From assembly GCF_009914755.1 (NCBI RefSeq), contig NC_060925.1: 64,000 bases of DNA. One strand, written 5' to 3'. The stretch is from the human T2T-CHM13v2.0 reference genome, Homo sapiens. The notes below the pieces were generated by a model, which worked only from the letters and a program-made list of their open reading frames with translations, was not told the DNA's origin and ran no database searches. Below, piece after piece: positions 60,270-64,000 of the stretch. How positions within the stretch are numbered: position 1 is the first letter of the stretch; the number at the start of each line of letters is the position of its first letter. The position numbers and the translations under genes were made by a program.

Positions 60270-63200
60270 ATAGGATTGTTATAACTATTTTTTTGCAAGT
60301 CTCATGGTAATAACAAAGCAAAAATCTATAATAGATACACTAAAAATAAAAAGCAACAAATTGAAACGTAGTACTAGAGAAAGTCAATTAACCACAAAGG
60401 AAGACAGTAAGAAAAGGAAGACAGACAGGAGTTACAAAACAACTAGAAAACAAGTAACAAAATGGCAGTAGTAAATCCTTTTCTATCAATATAACATTAA
60501 ATGTAAATGAACTAAATTCTCCAATTAAAGACATAGAATGGCTGAATGTATTAAAAATTAAGATCCAACTATATGCTTCCTACAAGAAACTCATTTCACC
60601 TCTAAAAAAATATAGACTGAAAGACAAAAGATGATAAAAGATACTCTATGAAAATAGAAATCATAAAACAGCAGGAGTAGTTTTACTTATATTACATAAA
60701 ATAGACTTTAAATCAAAATCTGTAAGAGACAGAAGGTTATTATATAACGACAAAGGGGTCAATTCAGCAAAATGATGTAAAAATAGTAAACATGTATGCA
60801 TTCAACATCAGAGCACTCAAATATATAAAGCAAATATTAAAAAATCTAAAGGGAGATATAGGATGCAATACATAACAGTAGGAAACTTCAGCACCCCTCT
60901 TTTGGCAATAAACAGATTACCAATCATTAAAGAAACATTGGAGTTAAACTATACTTCAGACCAAAAGGGCCTAACATATATTTACAGAACATTTCATCCA
61001 ACTGGTGCAGAATACAGATTTTTTTCATCAGCATATGGAACATTCTTGAAGGTATGTCAGGTCATGAAACAAGACTCAGTAAATTCAAAAGTGTCAAAAT
61101 CATATTAAGTAACTTTTCTGAACACAATGGAATAAGACTAGAACTCAATAACAAGAGGAATGTTGGAAACTGGACAACTATGTGGAAAGTAAACATGTTT
61201 CTGAAGAATAACGAGTTAATGAAGAAATTAAGAAGAAAATTTAAAAATTTATTGAGACAAATAAAAATGCAAACACAATATACAGGAAGCTATGAGATAC
61301 AGAAAAAGTGGTACAAAGAGGGAAGTTTATAGAAATAAACTTCAACATCAAAAAAGTAGTAAGGCTTCAAATAAACAACCTAATACACACCTCAAGGAAC
61401 TAGGAAAGCAAGAACAAACCTAACCCCAAATCAGTAGAAGAAAAGAAACAATAACAATTAGAGCAGAAATAAATGAAATTGAGACTAAAAAAATACATAA
61501 AATCACAAAAACAAAAAGTTGCCTGTGGAAAAGATAAACAAAATTGACAAACCTAAGAAAAAAGAAAGAAGACCAAAATTAATAAAATCAGATGAAAAAG
61601 AAAACATTGCAACTGATAGTGTAGAAATACAAAGGATAATTGGAGAGTATTATGAACATTTATATACCAAGACATTGTAACACTTAGAAGAAACTGATAA
61701 ATTTCTGCACACATACAACCTATCCAGATTGAACCATGAAGAAATAGAAAACTTGAAAAGACCAAAATGAATAATGAGATGAGAGCAGTAACAAAAGCTC
61801 TCCCATCTAAGCAAAGCCAAGGACCTGATAAATTCACTGTAGAATTCTACAAAACATTTTAAAAAGAACTAATACCAATACTTTTCAAACTTTGTCAAAA
61901 AATTGAAGAAGAAGGTATACTTCCAAACTCATTCTACAGGGCCAATATTAATACCAAAACCAGACAAAAACACAACAAAAAGGGAAACTATAGGCCAATA
62001 CCCCTGGTGAAAAATAGATGCAAAAATCATCAAAAAAATACTAGCAAACCAAATTCGACAGTATATTAAAAAGCTCATTCACCATGATCAAGTGAGATTC
62101 ATCCAAGTGGTGCAAGGAGGGCTCAACATATGCAAATCAATAAATGTGATACATTCTATTAACAGAGTAAGTACAAAAGCTATGTGAGCATTCAATAGAT
62201 ACTCAAAAAGCATTGAATAAAGTTTAACATCCCTTCATGATAAAAACTCTCAACAAATTGGGTATAGAAGGAACATACCTCAACAAGTTAAAGGCCATCT
62301 ATTAAAAACCCACATCTACTACACTGAATGGGGAAAATTTAAAGCCTTTTCACTAAGATCTGGAATAAGACAAGGATGCCCACTTTCACCCCTTTTTTTC
62401 AACATAGTACTGAAAGTCCTAGCCAGAGCAATCAGGCAAGAGAAAGAAATAAAGGGCATTCGAATTGGAAAGAAAGAAGTCAAATTATCCTTATTTGCAG
62501 ATGACATAATCTTATATTTAGAAAAAACAAAATACTCTACCAAAAAACTCTTAGAATTGACAAACCAATTAAGTAAAGTTGCAGAATACAAAGAAATGTA
62601 CAAAAATCAGTAGGATTTTTGTAGGCTAACAGGAATCAATATTAAAAAATCAAGAAAGCAATCCTATTTACAATAGCTATTAAAAATCCCTATGAATCAA
62701 TTAACCAAAGAAGTGCAGGATCTCCATAAAAGAGAAAGCATACAACAGTAATGAAAAACATTGAGGATACCAAAAAATGGAAAGATACTCCATGTTCATG
62801 GATTGGAAGAATTAATATTGTTAGAATGTCTTTACTATCCAAAGCGATCTACAGATTCAAGACAATCCCTATCAAAGTACCAATGACATTCTCACAAAAA
62901 TAGAAAAAGAGATTGGTTCATGTGACACCATTTAACAAATAGTAGCGTAAATTGTCAATTTAAAATTTGAGATGTGAGAACTGCAAAAGGGAGAAAATTA
63001 TTTTCTAACCTATAAATGAAATAGAAATGCTACATTTTACCATGGCATGTCACTAGCACAATTTTCAGTTATTACTACACATAAGCTTTATCAAAAAGTT
63101 TCTCATATTAAATTAACAAATATTTTTTGGTACCTTGGTATAAGGCAGGCACACCAACTTAATTCTGCCAAACATTTAATCCATTTGCCTTCGTCTGCTC

Positions 63201-63569
63201 AAGTTGTGTGTGTTTGTGTGTTGTTAAAAAGTGATCTCATTTTAGTTAACTGGATAGAGATTTTATTTCAAAATGCTTATCGTGAGAATTCCGCATTTGA
63301 AATACATATATTTTTCTATTAAGTTAAATGAGCAATCAACTTCCAGACTGAAGTTATTTTTATACATAATAAGTAGTTAGCAATATGACTTGATTTCTAA
63401 AGCCTTGAAAAAGCTGCCTTTTCCTAAACACCTCCCATGTCAAATGCTACCTGAAAGAACCAATATTACAACCTCTTAATTCCTTCCTCCTTCACTTCCC
63501 CACCCCTTCTTTCTCCCTTCTCCTTTCTTTTTCCTCCCACTGTCTCTCCCTCTTCCCTTGTATTCCACT

Positions 63570-63860
63570 TTTTCTTTTATAAATATTTACTGAATGCCTT
63601 TTATAATCCGGCAACGTAAGAGTTGGGGAGCTCTTTGTATTGTAATAAAGTACATACAGTTCTCTTTCCTAAGAAGCCCAGTGCCTAGTCAGGCAAAAAG
63701 ATGTCTAACAACTTGTAAGAAAGATTGCATTGCCATAATGAAGGTGTGAATAAAGTATTGTAGGGAGCCAGAGAAAGTTTCATAGAAAGGAGACTATTTG
63801 AACTAAATCTTGATTAATAATTAAGCATTAAGGGTGAAAAAGACATTAAGTATTGCCCTC
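63570..63860 (-). mobile_element. L2 fragment
   Basis: aaatatttactgaatgcct...tctttcctaagaagcccagtgcctagtc. Confidence 0.6.
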
Positions 63861-63903
63861 TCAACATGCAAATACTTCTGAGATTTCAAAATTTCAGAAA
63901 ACA

Positions 63904-64000
63904 TTATTATTATTATTATTATTTTTTAGTAGAGACAGAGTCTTGTTTTGTTGACCAGACCGGTCCCAAACTCCTGGGCTCAAGTGGTCCTCCTGCCTTG
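63904..64000 (-). mobile_element. Alu fragment with (ATT)n, running off the window edge
   Basis: tagtagagacagagtcttg...ctcctgggctcaagtggtcctcctgccttg. Confidence 0.85.

Overview
This is primate (almost certainly human) genomic DNA. Bases 1 to ~10.6 kb hold the 3' half of CTH (cystathionine gamma-lyase, CSE) on the + strand. Seven GT-AG coding exons (by my recall exons 6-12, residues R197-S405) splice in frame to the stop at 9635-9637, followed by the 3'UTR. The haplotype encodes Ile403 rather than the usual Ser403. The remaining ~53 kb is intergenic and dominated by transposons: about 35 Alus, MIR/L2 relics, MaLR LTRs and internals (THE1, MST, MLT1), MLT2 and MER21 LTRs, a HERV-K(HML-2) LTR5 solo LTR with an intact 6-bp TSD, a MER44 DNA transposon and two large decayed L1s. 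Nearly all ORFs in the supplied track are repeat artefacts. I see no new protein-coding system. The most unusual structures are (1) an inverted-repeat-bounded cassette at 24.55-25.12 kb that has captured a 217-bp copy of sequence from 1.1 kb upstream, (2) a 3'UTR-only retrocopy matching my recall of SDCBP, with a permuted 3' end, (3) several fold-back palindromes, including a pre-miRNA-sized hairpin built from an L2 tail, and (4) candidate splice-regulatory features in CTH introns. Repeat family names and boundaries were assigned by eye and are approximate.
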